From positions 992,001-1,056,000 of the forward strand of contig OZ025788.1 of assembly GCA_964019425.1 (NCBI GenBank): 64,000 nt of DNA, given 5' to 3'. Shown piece after piece: positions 1 through 11,399 of the stretch. Origin of the DNA: Flectonema sp. DT1601 (lineage: Eukaryota). How positions within the stretch are numbered: the stretch's first letter is position 1; each line of letters opens with the position of its first letter. A program made the position numbers and the translations under genes. The notes under the pieces are model-generated. The model searched no databases, was not told the origin of the DNA, and saw only the letters and a program-made list of their open reading frames with translations.

Positions 1-749
1 GATAACGTGTGAGTTCTAAATGTCATGTGTTGTGTAGCAACTAATCTCTGGATTTCTGTTTCTAAATTAGCCTTCTCCGACTCACGGGCTTGCCTCTCTT
101 CAGCAAGAGCAGTATTTGCAACATGTTCCTTTTTAGTAGAATCCATTCGATATTTCTCTGCGGTTTGTTGTTTGTCTCTTGCCTCTTGAAGTTGTTTTTG
201 AGTACTTTGAACAAGTAAAGTAGCATCCTGTAACTGCTTATGAATATCAGTAGAAATTGGGTGTCTGGCTTTAGCCAGGTCTACCCCTGCTTGATCCACA
301 CGTGTTTGAAGATCAGAAATAGATTGCTGTTTGTTACTAATCTCACGAGCAGCTGATGCAAGTTGTAGTTTCAGTAACAAACTATCAGCTTTATGAATAG
401 GACCAGATTTAGATAAATCAATAAGAGATTGATGAATCGCTTCTATTGTTCTCCAAGTATGTCGATGAGCAGCCAACAGAGTAGTTGCTACTGAGGGTAC
501 ACAATTAATATTACTTCCTAATTGATCACTAGTAGTTTCATGTTTTATAGGTAAAGTCCCTTTATTCAATTGCATGAGTAGTGCAGTAGCCCTTACAGAG
601 TCTTCAGTACTAAATCCGATCTCTGCAAGACCGTCACCCATCATCTGAATCCTCACTCCCCTTACTGGAGCGAGGAGATCTCGTAAGTCAGATTCACCCC
701 ATCCACTGGGAAGGTGTAACTCTAAGCAGGGCCCTTCAGTATCTGGCAT
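1..749 (-). CDS. Coiled-coil protein of unknown function, C-terminus runs off the window edge
   Basis: Manual translation from ATG at 749 gives MPDTEGPCLELHLPSGWGESDLRDLLAP...QLQEARDKQQTAEK...EERQARESEKANLETEIQRL with no stop to the window edge. It is absent from the ORF track because it is truncated. Start uncertain; a TTTTTCAAG acceptor-like site lies near 775. Confidence 0.7.
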   Translation of the reverse strand, partial: MPDTEGPCLELHLPSGWGESDLRDLLAPVRGVRIQMMGDGLAEIGFSTEDSVRATALLMQLNKGTLPIKHETTSDQLGSNINCVPSVATTLLAAHRHTWRTIEAIHQSLIDLSKSGPIHKADSLLLKLQLASAAREISNKQQSISDLQTRVDQAGVDLAKARHPISTDIHKQLQDATLLVQSTQKQLQEARDKQQTAEKYRMDSTKKEHVANTALAEERQARESEKANLETEIQRLVATQHMTFRTHTL

Positions 750-1938
750 CGCATATCTAAGAATTGTAGCAGCCTTGAAAAAGAGATTATTATAACAAAG
801 ACCTCCAACCATTAAAAAAAAATAAAATACACCGAATCATGCCGCATCCATGGTAGTGTAACCTGAATTCGAAAAAAGGAAATTCTGCAAACATTCTCAG
901 AGTACCTGAAGAGACGATAACCAGTACACTTAGCCAGGTCTGTTTCCGTTTGTAATTTCAAAAAGTTATAAATTTAAAGGGGCAGGGCTAGGGAGGTTAA
1001 CCTTAAAGAAACTTAGCATAATAACGATAAGTTTATCTAATTTAGATTATTCAAAAGCCAATCAAGAATTTTTCGGCCGTTTCCTGTTACTAGTTAGTAA
1101 ATCGAACAAGAAAGAACTCGGTAGCTAGTTGGTACACTTTCTTTTGCACTGGCAAAAAAAAGCGTTTGGAGAGCTCTCCACAGATCAAAACTTACTGAGC
1201 TTAAGGAGCACCCCTCTACTATTATTAATTTGTACAACAAAAACAACACAAGAAACACAGCGTCCCATCACCAACAAGAAAACTTGATTAGCGGTACATA
1301 TCCCAAAAGACGGAAGCTCGGAGGAAAGAAATAACACTCTCAAGAAATTAGTGAATAGAAAAAAGACGGATAAACTCCAAAAGGAGAGAAGTCCCCATTG
1401 AAAGAGTTAACACGTCGAACTAGAAAGAATATAAGTCGTGAAGAAAGAGGGGAGACACAAGATTAGTTTCATTCCGACGGAAAACAGCCAATCAACTACT
1501 CTGTTGCAGATTTTCAAGGCAAGTCGTTAGATCGAAATGGGAGCCACTCACGTTGGTCTACGAATTATTAATTATTATATACAGACACGAAATCTGATTT
1601 CACACACTGGCAGAGTAAAAACCGATAAAGAAAACCTTTGCCCAACAAGCTTGAGATGCACATGAAGGCAATAGAGAGCTGTGAATAGGATCACCTGTGG
1701 AAAAGCCAAGGCGCCCGGTTCTCTATACCAGACGCCTTTAAGTGGCACCTTTGTAATTGAAAATCGAGAGAAACAGAGTTTCCAGCTTTGTAATTTGTTG
1801 TTATCTTAACAGATAAGGTAAGTCGGCCAGATCATCGTCCCAACAGGTAGACTGTAGTTTTTTGGCAAGTGGGGCGAAAGGAAACGTAGCCTTCTATGAC
1901 GATCAAGAGATAAACTAAAAAAGTCGGGGCCCGGCAGA

Positions 1939-2011
1939 TCCCCCTTGGCGCAGTCGGTAGCGCGTCAGGCTGTTAACCTGCAGGTCGTTGGTTCGAACCC
2001 AACAGGGGGAG
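1939..2011 (+). tRNA. tRNA-Asn (GTT), intronless
   Basis: Acceptor stem TCCCCCT/AGGGGGA with discriminator G; D-arm GCGC..GCGC; anticodon loop CTGTTAA; T-arm GTTGG-TTCGAAC-CCAAC. The first anticodon-stem pair is a T:C mismatch. Confidence 0.95.
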
Positions 2012-2012
2012 A

Positions 2013-2021
2013 TTTTTTTTT
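2013..2021 (+). terminator. RNA polymerase III T-tract terminator
   Basis: Run of 9 T directly after the tRNA 3' end. Confidence 0.8.
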
Positions 2022-2271
2022 CTTTCTTCAAAAGTTGTTATTTTTACCAAACAGACATGTGCCCAAAATTTGAGCAGCACAACAGAGCCTCAAATGAAAA
2101 CAAACCAGGTCATAACTGGACCAAATGTTATGAGAAAAATTAACAAACTAATAAAATAGAATTCGTGAAGAAGCTTGCAAAGCAACATGATATTCCTGTA
2201 CAAAGCACTTGATTTGATTCTTGCTTGCTAAGTTGATTCAGTTTTTTCAATTCAGGCCAGACTTTAGGATT

Positions 2272-4671
2272 TCACTCTTCGATCTCCTCAGGTTCAGAAT
2301 TTGTCAAGGTTTCCTGCTGCACTTTCCACATCGCGTCATATTTTCCACCTTTTCCACGCAATGTCTGGTGTGTCCCCTCTTCAACCACTTTTCCATCTTT
2401 AATTACAACGATCTTGTCAGAATCTTGAATTGTCGACAATCGGTGGGCAATGACCACAAGGGTGCGACCTCGCAAGCACTGGAGAACTTGAAGGATTTCT
2501 TTCTCTGTGTTTGAATCAAGTGCAGAGGTAGCCTCATCAAGAACGATAATGGGCGGGTTTTTGAGAAGACATCTGGCGATGGCAACACGCTGCTTTTCAC
2601 CACCAGACAGCCTGAGACCTCTCTCACCAACTTGAGTGTCCCAACCCTTTGGAAGCTTGTTTACTACTTGCAGCAGCTGTGCGTCTCTGGCAACTTTCAT
2701 CAGGTCCTCCTCGGTGGCCTCAGGTTTTCCATACATGACATTGTGCCGTAAGGTGTCATTAAAGAGAACCGTGTCTTGAGGAACAATCCCAATTGCACTG
2801 CGCAGGGACTGCTGTGTGACTTTGCTAATGTCTTGGTCATTAATTAATATTTGCCCTTCGATGAGATCATAAAAGCGGAATAGCAACCTTGAAATTGTTG
2901 TCTTTCCACAACCCGTTTCTCCAACGATCGCAAGCTTTTTTCCAGCGGAAATTCTTATGTTGATGTCTTGCAAACCAGCTCCAGCATCAGCACTTGGGTA
3001 GCGAAAGAAAACGTTTTTGAATTCAATAGGAACCTTAGGAAGATGCAAGGGTGTCTTCTTTGTTCGTGAAAGCTGAGTCACAGCTTCGTTCACAAGCAAA
3101 TGACGACTTTCATCGACACTTGAATCACTTGAATATCCGTTGGACTGCTGAGGTGTGCTGTCTTCACCTTGAATGCCTATCAGTACATGATCCTTCTCAG
3201 CCTGAAATCCATCCATGAGTAAATTTAGAGGAATAGCATCACTGCTATCTTGCACATCAGGAGATTCACTGAGTAAGTCAGCAAGATGTTGCATGTTTAC
3301 AAAAGCCATTACCACAGTATTGTAGACAGATCCTAAGAACGTCAGAGGTGTGAAGAGCTGCATCACGTATGCTTGAATAGCAACAAAATCACCCACCTTG
3401 AGAGATCCATCCAGTACTGATTTTGAACTTACATACAAGGATGAAAACAAACAACCGTATATGATCAGCTGCTGAGTAAAATTTAACGCGGATAGCGTCA
3501 TTTGGATCACAACACCATATTTCTGATAACCTTTAACAGATGTCACGAACGATTCACGTTCTCTTGGTTCTGCAGTGAAATATTTTACTGTTTCGAAATT
3601 CATCAAACTGTCAGTTGCCTTTGTGTGATAATCGTTATCTTCATGATTCATTCCTTCACGCAATCGGCGTCTCCAAGCAGTCACTACAGATGTCAGTATG
3701 ATGTACACGGCAAAGCTTAGTAGACAAATAGCAGCCAAGTCTGGCTTTCCAAAATGTGCATAAAACATTGCAAACGTTACTATACATTCAAGTATAGTTG
3801 GAATCAGGTATAAAAACAGGTACGTGACAATGCTGTCAGCAGCGGCTGTACCTCTGTCCATCGATCTGATTACTTGACCCATCTTCTTTCTTAAATGCCA
3901 CTCCAGTGATAGACTGTGTATGTGGTGGAAAACATGTTCTGCCATTTCCACAAAGGCGACTTGTTTTACTTTTACGTATATTACATTTTGGGCTTCCTTC
4001 AACCCTTTAGCAAGGAGTGCAACACAACAGTACGTTAGAAGGTCGGCAGTGGCGGATTCACCTGTTGAAAGATCAGTGATAATCCTCCCCATTATCAATG
4101 GAATATAAATATTGCAAATTTTGGCACCGATAATTGAAACCCAGGTCATGACTGCTCTAATCTTGTTGATTGCTCCCTTTGGCAAAAAATAAGGACGCAA
4201 GATTACTATTATGTATTTCATGGTCGGCATCTTCTTACGGGTCCCATTGACAGTTGATCTGCACAACAGTAGGTGCAGTGTAGTTGTAAAAAGTATCGAT
4301 ATCAGCATTGCTTGTTTCAATCCCTTATGAGAATCTGGAGACCAGTCAGAAGCAATAGCCTTTGAGGCTACAATAATAGACGACAGCACAACAGTGGCAT
4401 AATATAGTGATTTGTTCATCTTAAACTTCAGGAAGCAGAATGAAATTGCTCTTATCCATGAAAACACCACAATATCCATTGTTCCTCTCGCGACAGTGTA
4501 GGGATGATGGTTCTCAAAATGAGTCATTCCCCATAACCCCGTGATAGCAATAACTTCAACTAATGCCACGACGGCAAATATCTTAGCGACTGATCTGTTT
4601 GCCGTCACTGCAACAACATCATTTTGTGGACTAAATCCTCCCGCTGCACGTCCCATGCCGGTCCTTGCCAT
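2272..4671 (-). CDS. ABCB6/HMT1/ATM1-like ABC half transporter with N-terminal membrane extension
   Basis: Walker A GETGCGKT, signature LSGGEKQRVAIAR, Walker B IIVLDEATSALD, H-loop IAHRLSTI, family motif DSLMNFETVKYF. ATG at 4671 is preferred over the TTG at 4701 because TTTTCTTTTCAG (CAG at 4689-4687) precedes it. Confidence 0.92.
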   Translation of the reverse strand: MARTGMGRAAGGFSPQNDVVAVTANRSVAKIFAVVALVEVIAITGLWGMTHFENHHPYTVARGTMDIVVFSWIRAISFCFLKFKMNKSLYYATVVLSSIIVASKAIASDWSPDSHKGLKQAMLISILFTTTLHLLLCRSTVNGTRKKMPTMKYIIVILRPYFLPKGAINKIRAVMTWVSIIGAKICNIYIPLIMGRIITDLSTGESATADLLTYCCVALLAKGLKEAQNVIYVKVKQVAFVEMAEHVFHHIHSLSLEWHLRKKMGQVIRSMDRGTAAADSIVTYLFLYLIPTILECIVTFAMFYAHFGKPDLAAICLLSFAVYIILTSVVTAWRRRLREGMNHEDNDYHTKATDSLMNFETVKYFTAEPRERESFVTSVKGYQKYGVVIQMTLSALNFTQQLIIYGCLFSSLYVSSKSVLDGSLKVGDFVAIQAYVMQLFTPLTFLGSVYNTVVMAFVNMQHLADLLSESPDVQDSSDAIPLNLLMDGFQAEKDHVLIGIQGEDSTPQQSNGYSSDSSVDESRHLLVNEAVTQLSRTKKTPLHLPKVPIEFKNVFFRYPSADAGAGLQDINIRISAGKKLAIVGETGCGKTTISRLLFRFYDLIEGQILINDQDISKVTQQSLRSAIGIVPQDTVLFNDTLRHNVMYGKPEATEEDLMKVARDAQLLQVVNKLPKGWDTQVGERGLRLSGGEKQRVAIARCLLKNPPIIVLDEATSALDSNTEKEILQVLQCLRGRTLVVIAHRLSTIQDSDKIVVIKDGKVVEEGTHQTLRGKGGKYDAMWKVQQETLTNSEPEEIEE

Positions 4672-5587
4672 TGTAAGTTGTTTTGGCTGAAAAGAAAACA
4701 ATTGATAGTAATAATTTGATCATAAGTGCAACTTTCCCTTTTGTCTTCTAGCCATTGTTCAGACGCGACTTATTTGTTGTTCGATACTTGATTTGTTTAA
4801 TTTCCTCCCGCTGTATTGAATTTTTAGAACTTTATCACACTTACGCACACTCTTCATAAACATAGTACTATATCAACGGGGGGTAGTATAATGAACACAA
4901 AGTGGGGGAAATGGAAAACAAACTCCTGGAAGAGGAATACTAAAAGAAGACGAAAAATAGTTCGAAAAATAGAAAAGGGGAAAAGGTTTTTTTTGTGGGA
5001 TATTCGCAGTGGTTTCGTTTTTTGTTTTAGCTATTCGCGGCAAATATATATTTTTGTTCAAATCGCAAATAACTAAAACCGAAAACCCTTTCCCACAGCG
5101 AAAATTCCTTCTTTTTTTTTTTTTGACACATGTGTGGGTGTTGTATTCTTAGTCAACAAATATATTTGTAACGCTCTCTAATTTGCATCAACAACAAAAC
5201 GGAAAACGAACGTTGAGAACCAAATCCCCAGAACACAGGGGTTCGACTCTAGGTTTGCAGGCAACACCCATAACAAATAAGAAAAGGAAAAAAGAAAAGG
5301 AAAAAAGAAAAGGGAAAATAAATAAATTTCTATTAATGTGGCTCTGTCCAGAAAAAGAAGAAAAAATAAAAAATATAGGCAAAATCTACGGCTTTAAAAA
5401 TACAATTGTTTGAAAAATAATCTAACGAGGGACTGTCACTACATTCCTTTTTTTCTCCCTCCGCCAACCCCTCCATCAAAAAAAAAAAAAAAAAAACATC
5501 CGATGGAGGATCCTGAGGGTAAAATTGTTGTTCGCCTTACATTGGACAACCTTCTTTGAAGAGACAAGTCTATGGAACTTGCAAAGC

Positions 5588-6418
5588 TTACATCAACCGG
5601 CTGTCTCTGTAGCTTGCTGAGTAACCCGATTCGGAATAGTTGCGGTCGCGTTGGTATTGTGGAGCTGGGTCACGTCTGCGAGATTCACGACCATGATGAT
5701 CGCGAGAGTATTTTGATCTGTCCCTATCCTGATCACGTCGGTCATGTTGGGACTCACGTCTGTGATGATCATGGGACTTGTGCTCATCGTACAGAACAGC
5801 ATGCGGAGCATTCTTCGCAACACTTGAGGAAGGAGAAGCTCCTCTTTGAGCAGACTTTCTTATAACATCACCAGGTGGTGGTAAAGGACCTTTCGTAGTT
5901 TCTGAATAGTCCACAGCAGAATAAATATCAGTTGCATTCATATGTGGATCAAAGCCACCATCGTCAAATTGAACAGCGTAGGTTCCATCCTTGTTAATTT
6001 CTGAAATATGTCCACGATAAAGGTCAGCAGACCCGTGCCAGCGAGCATCAACACGTTCATCAATACAGAAACGTCGAACCATTTTTTTTGTGGTAGTCCA
6101 TTCTTCTTCTCCATCTTCGTATCTGACTAGATATTTTTGCTTTCTGGCATCTATATTTATAATCCATCCTGGGTACATTCCCCCACCCTTCCAACATGCT
6201 TCAACTTTCATTCCTAATTCTAACTCATCACTAAGTCCTTCAACAGTACTGCCAGGTGTTGGTGATCTCTTCTGATTAGTAGTGGGAGGTCCCAAAGCAC
6301 CAGACTCTATTTCATACATCTGTCTTGCTGAGTCTACTTGTCCCTGTCCCTGGATGCACTTCGAGTAATCAACTTCCTCCCCAACCGTTGATTTTTCGTC
6401 AGACATACAGCAACCCAT
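5588..6418 (-). CDS. Tandem Tudor/Agenet-like domain protein with N-terminal MGCC acylation motif
   Basis: Two Tudor-like units (VEACWKGGGMYPGWI..YLVRYEDGEEEW; VDARWHGSADLYRGHI..YAVQFDDG) and an R/D/H-rich tail. A pyrimidine-rich CAG lies at 6441-6439. Confidence 0.75.
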   Translation of the reverse strand: MGCCMSDEKSTVGEEVDYSKCIQGQGQVDSARQMYEIESGALGPPTTNQKRSPTPGSTVEGLSDELELGMKVEACWKGGGMYPGWIINIDARKQKYLVRYEDGEEEWTTTKKMVRRFCIDERVDARWHGSADLYRGHISEINKDGTYAVQFDDGGFDPHMNATDIYSAVDYSETTKGPLPPPGDVIRKSAQRGASPSSSVAKNAPHAVLYDEHKSHDHHRRESQHDRRDQDRDRSKYSRDHHGRESRRRDPAPQYQRDRNYSESGYSASYRDSRLM

Positions 6419-6727
6419 TGTGAAGTGTATGTTGTTTCCTGTGAAGATGAAATAATGAGAATTCAGTCGCTTATACTTCTAAATTAGTTTCACAAGAGGC
6501 GTGATGGACGAAGAGACATATTAAGCGTGAGTCCTGTTGTGTGACGAGTGTAATATTTATGAAATCATTCAGTTTCTAAGGGAAATTAATGATCGGAATG
6601 TACTTAACTTTCTTTTTCGTTCGCGAGCTGATGCGATTCCAGCGATCCTTCGTCAAGAAGACCAAAAATTACAGCAGCTTGGTTGTGCGTAATGCTCTTG
6701 TCGTTGTCTTCAAGTTTCGTCAATATA

Positions 6728-7624
6728 TTAGACTTTCGCAGCCTTCCTCCTTTTCCGAATTGCAAATATATCGATGCCTCTATTTTCAATGGGGGTGTCA
6801 TCTTCATCGTCTTCATCATCAGAGTTGTCAGCCTTTCGTTTTTCCTTATCATCAGACGTTATCTCATCACTAAGCTTTGAAACACGAGAGAGAAGTTCAA
6901 GCGGCTTAGCCCCAGCTGTGAAGACTGAAGCCGTGTGCAAATTGCACCAGATTTCTGGAAGATGGTCCTCAACGAATCTGAGTGTAAATTTTATATTATC
7001 TTTCAACTCTGATTTGGTCAGGAGCGTTGAACCAACCCTGACACTTAACGAACCTTTACCTACTTTAATAGCAGTGCTTTTGAGACCCCACTCAACACGT
7101 CTTCTGAATGATTTAGGATCACTGCAGTCAATCTTTGCTAATATTTTGCTACGTATAAGAACAGGTGTATCTGACACTGTTCTGTTGTCGCAGAGTATAA
7201 TAGGAAACTCATCGAGTACGCGGTTTATTTTGTTCTTAGTGATGTCCAAGTTGCTGTGGTGCAGCGATTTTACGTTAATTATCTCATTTACGGTCTTTCG
7301 TTTGTTATTTTTCTTTGTGAGTCGGTGTGCTTGTGCTCCTACCAGCAAACAGCTTTTCTCTCCCTTGAAAGGGGAATGCGCCAGTCTTATAGTTCTTGTT
7401 CTTATAAACTTTTCACTGTCAGTATGGCCGTCAATGCATGTCCACGTCAGGAAAATATTTTGAGGTTTCTGTCGCTCTCCTGCAACAGGCTCTGGTTCAT
7501 TGGGTCGGAGTTGCTTTGCCATCATCATCACAGCGCAGCAATTATCTAGTCGCTGTTCATCTAATTTAGATGAGATGGGACCTACAGCTGCTGCTTCTTC
7601 AGTACTCACACCGACTAAAGGCAT
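6728..7624 (-). CDS. Ribosomal L1 domain-containing protein (RSL1D1/Cic1/Utp30-like)
   Basis: IRLAHSPF..SCLLV, FPIILCDNR, SLSVRVGST..ELKDNI..HLPEIWCNL pattern, followed by an acidic stretch and a basic NLS-like tail RKRRKAAK. Confidence 0.7.
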   Translation of the reverse strand: MPLVGVSTEEAAAVGPISSKLDEQRLDNCCAVMMMAKQLRPNEPEPVAGERQKPQNIFLTWTCIDGHTDSEKFIRTRTIRLAHSPFKGEKSCLLVGAQAHRLTKKNNKRKTVNEIINVKSLHHSNLDITKNKINRVLDEFPIILCDNRTVSDTPVLIRSKILAKIDCSDPKSFRRRVEWGLKSTAIKVGKGSLSVRVGSTLLTKSELKDNIKFTLRFVEDHLPEIWCNLHTASVFTAGAKPLELLSRVSKLSDEITSDDKEKRKADNSDDEDDEDDTPIENRGIDIFAIRKRRKAAKV

Positions 7625-8512
7625 TTATTTGTTTTAAAGCTGTTCTGTTGGAGAATGTTTTGATGGTAGAAAGCCAAAGATAAGAAGACTGCAGTCATAC
7701 AATGCCTGTTTAATAAAACAAAATAAAAAAATTAACTACTCAAACACTAACAAAGATTACAACAAAAAAACCTGACAGCAATACCGTTGATGAAGAAAAA
7801 GAAGACTGAATAATCACGAGGATCAAGAGACCCTACTTTGTTATTTTTTTTTAAAAAAAAATTCGTTCCTTCGTTCTTTCGTTTTTTTTTTTTTTTTTTT
7901 TTTTTGTTATTTTTTCCCTCCGACTCGAACTGATTTAAAAAGTCCTCTTATCGGAAGTTTTGCTCCTGTAAAATACCTGATTACACAGAGTAGTATGAGC
8001 GATTAATAGCCTTGCAAAAAAAATAAAAGGGAAAAAATAAATAAATAAAAAGGACAATGGGACGTTTTCTACCCCCACGCCTTTAGCCCCTTCTTAAAGT
8101 TATTTGCGTTAGGAAACCCTTTGCCCAGTAATAATAAAGGAAAACAAAAAGATACCTTTTCTTCTTTTTTTTTCTTTTTCTCGTACAAGAAACTTTCAAA
8201 GCGATTTTTGCTTCTTCTTTTTTCTGAGTACTCGCACCTTCTAAAGTTTTAAATTTTTTTTGTTGATACGAAGGCGACCACTGACTAAAAAATAAAAAGG
8301 GAATAAAAAAAGGGGGAAAAGAAGAACACTAAAAAACCACCGAAATGATAACTGACGAATGCCTGTTTTTTTTTTTTTTTTTTTTTTTTTTCCCCTTCTC
8401 TCTCGACTCTTAACGTAATCCATCAACTACTAGGCAATAACATACACAACACTCACAACGTCCAGACGAAGGTAACTATGGAGAAGTGTGGTCCCAACAA
8501 CTAACGCCAAGC

Positions 8513-10245
8513 TTAACTGTAGTGGACTCTTGCTTGCTTAGTGAAGATGTCATGTGGGCTGAGTCCCTGTAGATATTTTTTTTTTTTCTGCAATTACTTC
8601 ACTAAACACTTAATGAAAATAAAGTAACCGACCCAACGTTCATAGCTGTAAACGTGTGTGATATTTGAATACATACTCTGGTGGCATTTCTAAGGGTTTC
8701 AATATGGCTGACAAAGTAGCTGGAGTTAGCTTGTGGACGACGGAAATCAGCATCGATGTGAAGGATTTCTTTGTCGAAGTAGAAGTCAGCATCAGACAAA
8801 CACTTGTATGACCCGTCCAATGGGGATCCCTGTGACCAGGAGAGCTGACGAGACTTGTGTTTGAGGCACATAAGCTCTCTGGTAAGCGATTGCTTTTCGG
8901 TGTCCAATGCATCGGCCTCACCACTGTCGGTAGCAGTACGAGCAAGTTTATCAAGAGTAATTGTTGAGTATAATTTCAAGTATGATCGGAGGATTGGAAG
9001 TCTTAACTGCTGACGAACCTCTCTCAAGAACAAGTTAAGCTGAGTGAACAAAGACTCGTTCTTTCCGGCTTCGCATACTTCGATGTCTGCGAGGGCAGAG
9101 CTTGGAGTGAAAAAGCGAGGGCAGGCCTGCATAAACAATGACCTGAATGTAGCGATAGAGTCTTCGTTACCCTGCTTCAACATCTCGCGATCCTCACTCT
9201 TAACACGCTGGGCCAGAAGTCCAGCAACAGTCTCATCACCCATCATTTGAGGACGGCACCCGGCAAGTTCAAGTGCCATGGCCAACAACTTCGCGCAGTT
9301 CTCTCTCATTTTCGCAATGTTGCTCACAGTCTGGTTGGTGGTTTGTGCGGATTCCAAAGATCTGCTTCTCAAGGCCTGTAGCAGAATTCTCACGGCATCG
9401 TAGTGTCTTCTCATCATCATGTACGCAAATCCAGCGTAGTATAAAATGGTAATGTGACAGGCCTGAACCTTTTTGAAGATCTTTTCACCCTCTTTCTCTG
9501 GAGTGAAGTCAATGTTTGCGACACACTTCAATGCCTGGTAGTAGTCTCCTACAAGGACGTGGATTCTCAGAAGACCAACCATTGCGAAGTATCCCCAAAC
9601 ACGTGATACGTGCATAGTTCCAGGCGACAACACATCAGCAGCTGTAAGTTTACCCTGTTTAATCTGAGTCAGGACAACTGTGATGTCAGACTTTCTAATT
9701 AAACGCTGAAGGTACTTAATACCAGTTACTGGGTCCCAAATCTTTGGGAATCTCTCGAGTTCCTTAAGACGTTCAGCCTCTTCAGCGCTGTCCTTCTTTG
9801 CAGCAGGTCCGTGACGGTCAGCACAGTATCTGCAGTACTCTTGAAGTTGGTAGACAAACTCGTCAATGATGTCGTACAACCATCCGTTTGGAAGATCAAA
9901 TGTAACACGGTCACCTTCACATTCAAGAACCTTATTAAAAAGAGACAAATAGTTGTGCCAAGCAGCAGCACGATCTTCAATACGAATCTCATCTGGTTTC
10001 TTAGTTGAGTAAAGGTGTCTGGTGTGCAATTCTTTGTACAACAACATGACTAAGCTGTCAGCATCGTAACCCATCTTCTTCATTACTGCGTCTGGCTTTG
10101 CAACATCTTCCTGTGCAAGGTCAGTGAATCTGCTTTCCTTAAGCTCGTGAATCTTCAGTGCATCTCTCTCCTTGAGTGCAGTGTGGAGCTCTTCGACAAA
10201 CTTCTTTGCACGATCGCTGACTGTCTCGTCTGTGAATTGCGACAT
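8513..10245 (-). CDS. EIF3L: Eukaryotic translation initiation factor 3 subunit L
   Basis: LPNGWLYDIIDEFVYQ, GYFAMVGLLRIHVLVGDYYQALK, YYAGFAYMMMRRHYDA, LRSYLKLYSTI. Intron 8567-8676 (GTATGT..CTACAG) gives final exon GLSPHDIFTKQARVHYS*. Confidence 0.93.
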
Positions 10246-11399
10246 TTTATGTTTTTAGATTATTGATATTATGGACACTTCTTAATAACCGTTTCTCCGT
10301 GATCTGATGAGAGGAGTGAAATAAATACATCTCAATAACGTTAAACAATTAATTCCATCACAGCAGTGATTGCCTCTCGGATCCGTGACCTGTATGATAA
10401 CATAGGTGAATTGTAGCAACAAAGATGACTACTCTTTTCGGTTTTTTTATAAGTTCAATAGTTTAATAAGCTAGGCAGGTGGAAAGCTGAAGATTGGTGT
10501 TCATTAATATTTATAAAAGTTAAGTTACATCTCTTCAGTTGAAGCTAGCTCAACAACCTATATGCTGAGCTGAGACTTCGGAAACAACTACAGATTAAGT
10601 CCTCTGTTGTTGTGAGTCATCTAACTCATAACAACGTCAGATTTAAAAAAAGAAAAATTTAAAAAAAAAAAGATAAATAATTAACTATGGAATTAATAAA
10701 AACCAGCCTGACTTTCACGAGTGGGTTTTTTACCGAGTGAGATAAAGAAACAAGTTAAAAATACCCACAAGTGGAAATCTTGTATCTGATTTTGCATCTA
10801 AACCGTCGTCTTATTTTACGATAGGAGGCTTCGAAGGGAAAACTTACACCTGCATGTCTACGGGCCTTGCTGCTCCACAGGCAGGTAGCTCTGCTTGCCC
10901 CTGTGAGATCATGGGTGAGAAATCCCTCAAAAAAAAAAAAAAAGAATTCCACTTCAGAAGAATGAATCTCCTGTTAAAACATCCCCAGGCGTGAAACATT
11001 GTTACATTATTTCACGCTCGCAACGGCCATAACCAAAATACGTGCAACTAAATTGGCAAAAGAAACTTCACGCTCAGCCGGAGTGAAATACTCACTTTCT
11101 GATTCTCACTGCAAGTGTAAATTTTCCCAAAGAAGCCAAGATGGAGTAAGATGAAATAAATAAATACACTGTTAACAAACAAAACACTCGTAGAGCATCA
11201 TATTAACGCTAGATTGGCAGCAATCCCTTTCTTGAATCGATCCGAGTAAAATCAAGAACTGATCTTCTACAGGAATGAATTAAAATGTTTGTTTTTATAC
11301 GAATATCAGTTGCAATAAACATCTGAGATCAGACTTGTTTTTTTTTTTGTTGAAGTCGGAAGTCACAACCTCAGGGGAAGGATAACGGTATGTCTTCTC

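Noticed and set aside
1790..1825. ACTTACCT on the minus strand upstream of the tRNA, resembling the U1 snRNA 5' end
   Set aside because: No recognisable U1 stem-loops or Sm site; an 8-mer is not enough.
6774..7463. 229-aa plus-strand ORF (and similar ones at 50491-51018 and 52994-53545)
   Set aside because: Antisense shadows of well-supported minus-strand genes with no recognisable motifs.
10305..10325. CTGATGA...GAAA hammerhead-like core
   Set aside because: The intervening GAGGAGT cannot form stem II and no flanking stems were found.
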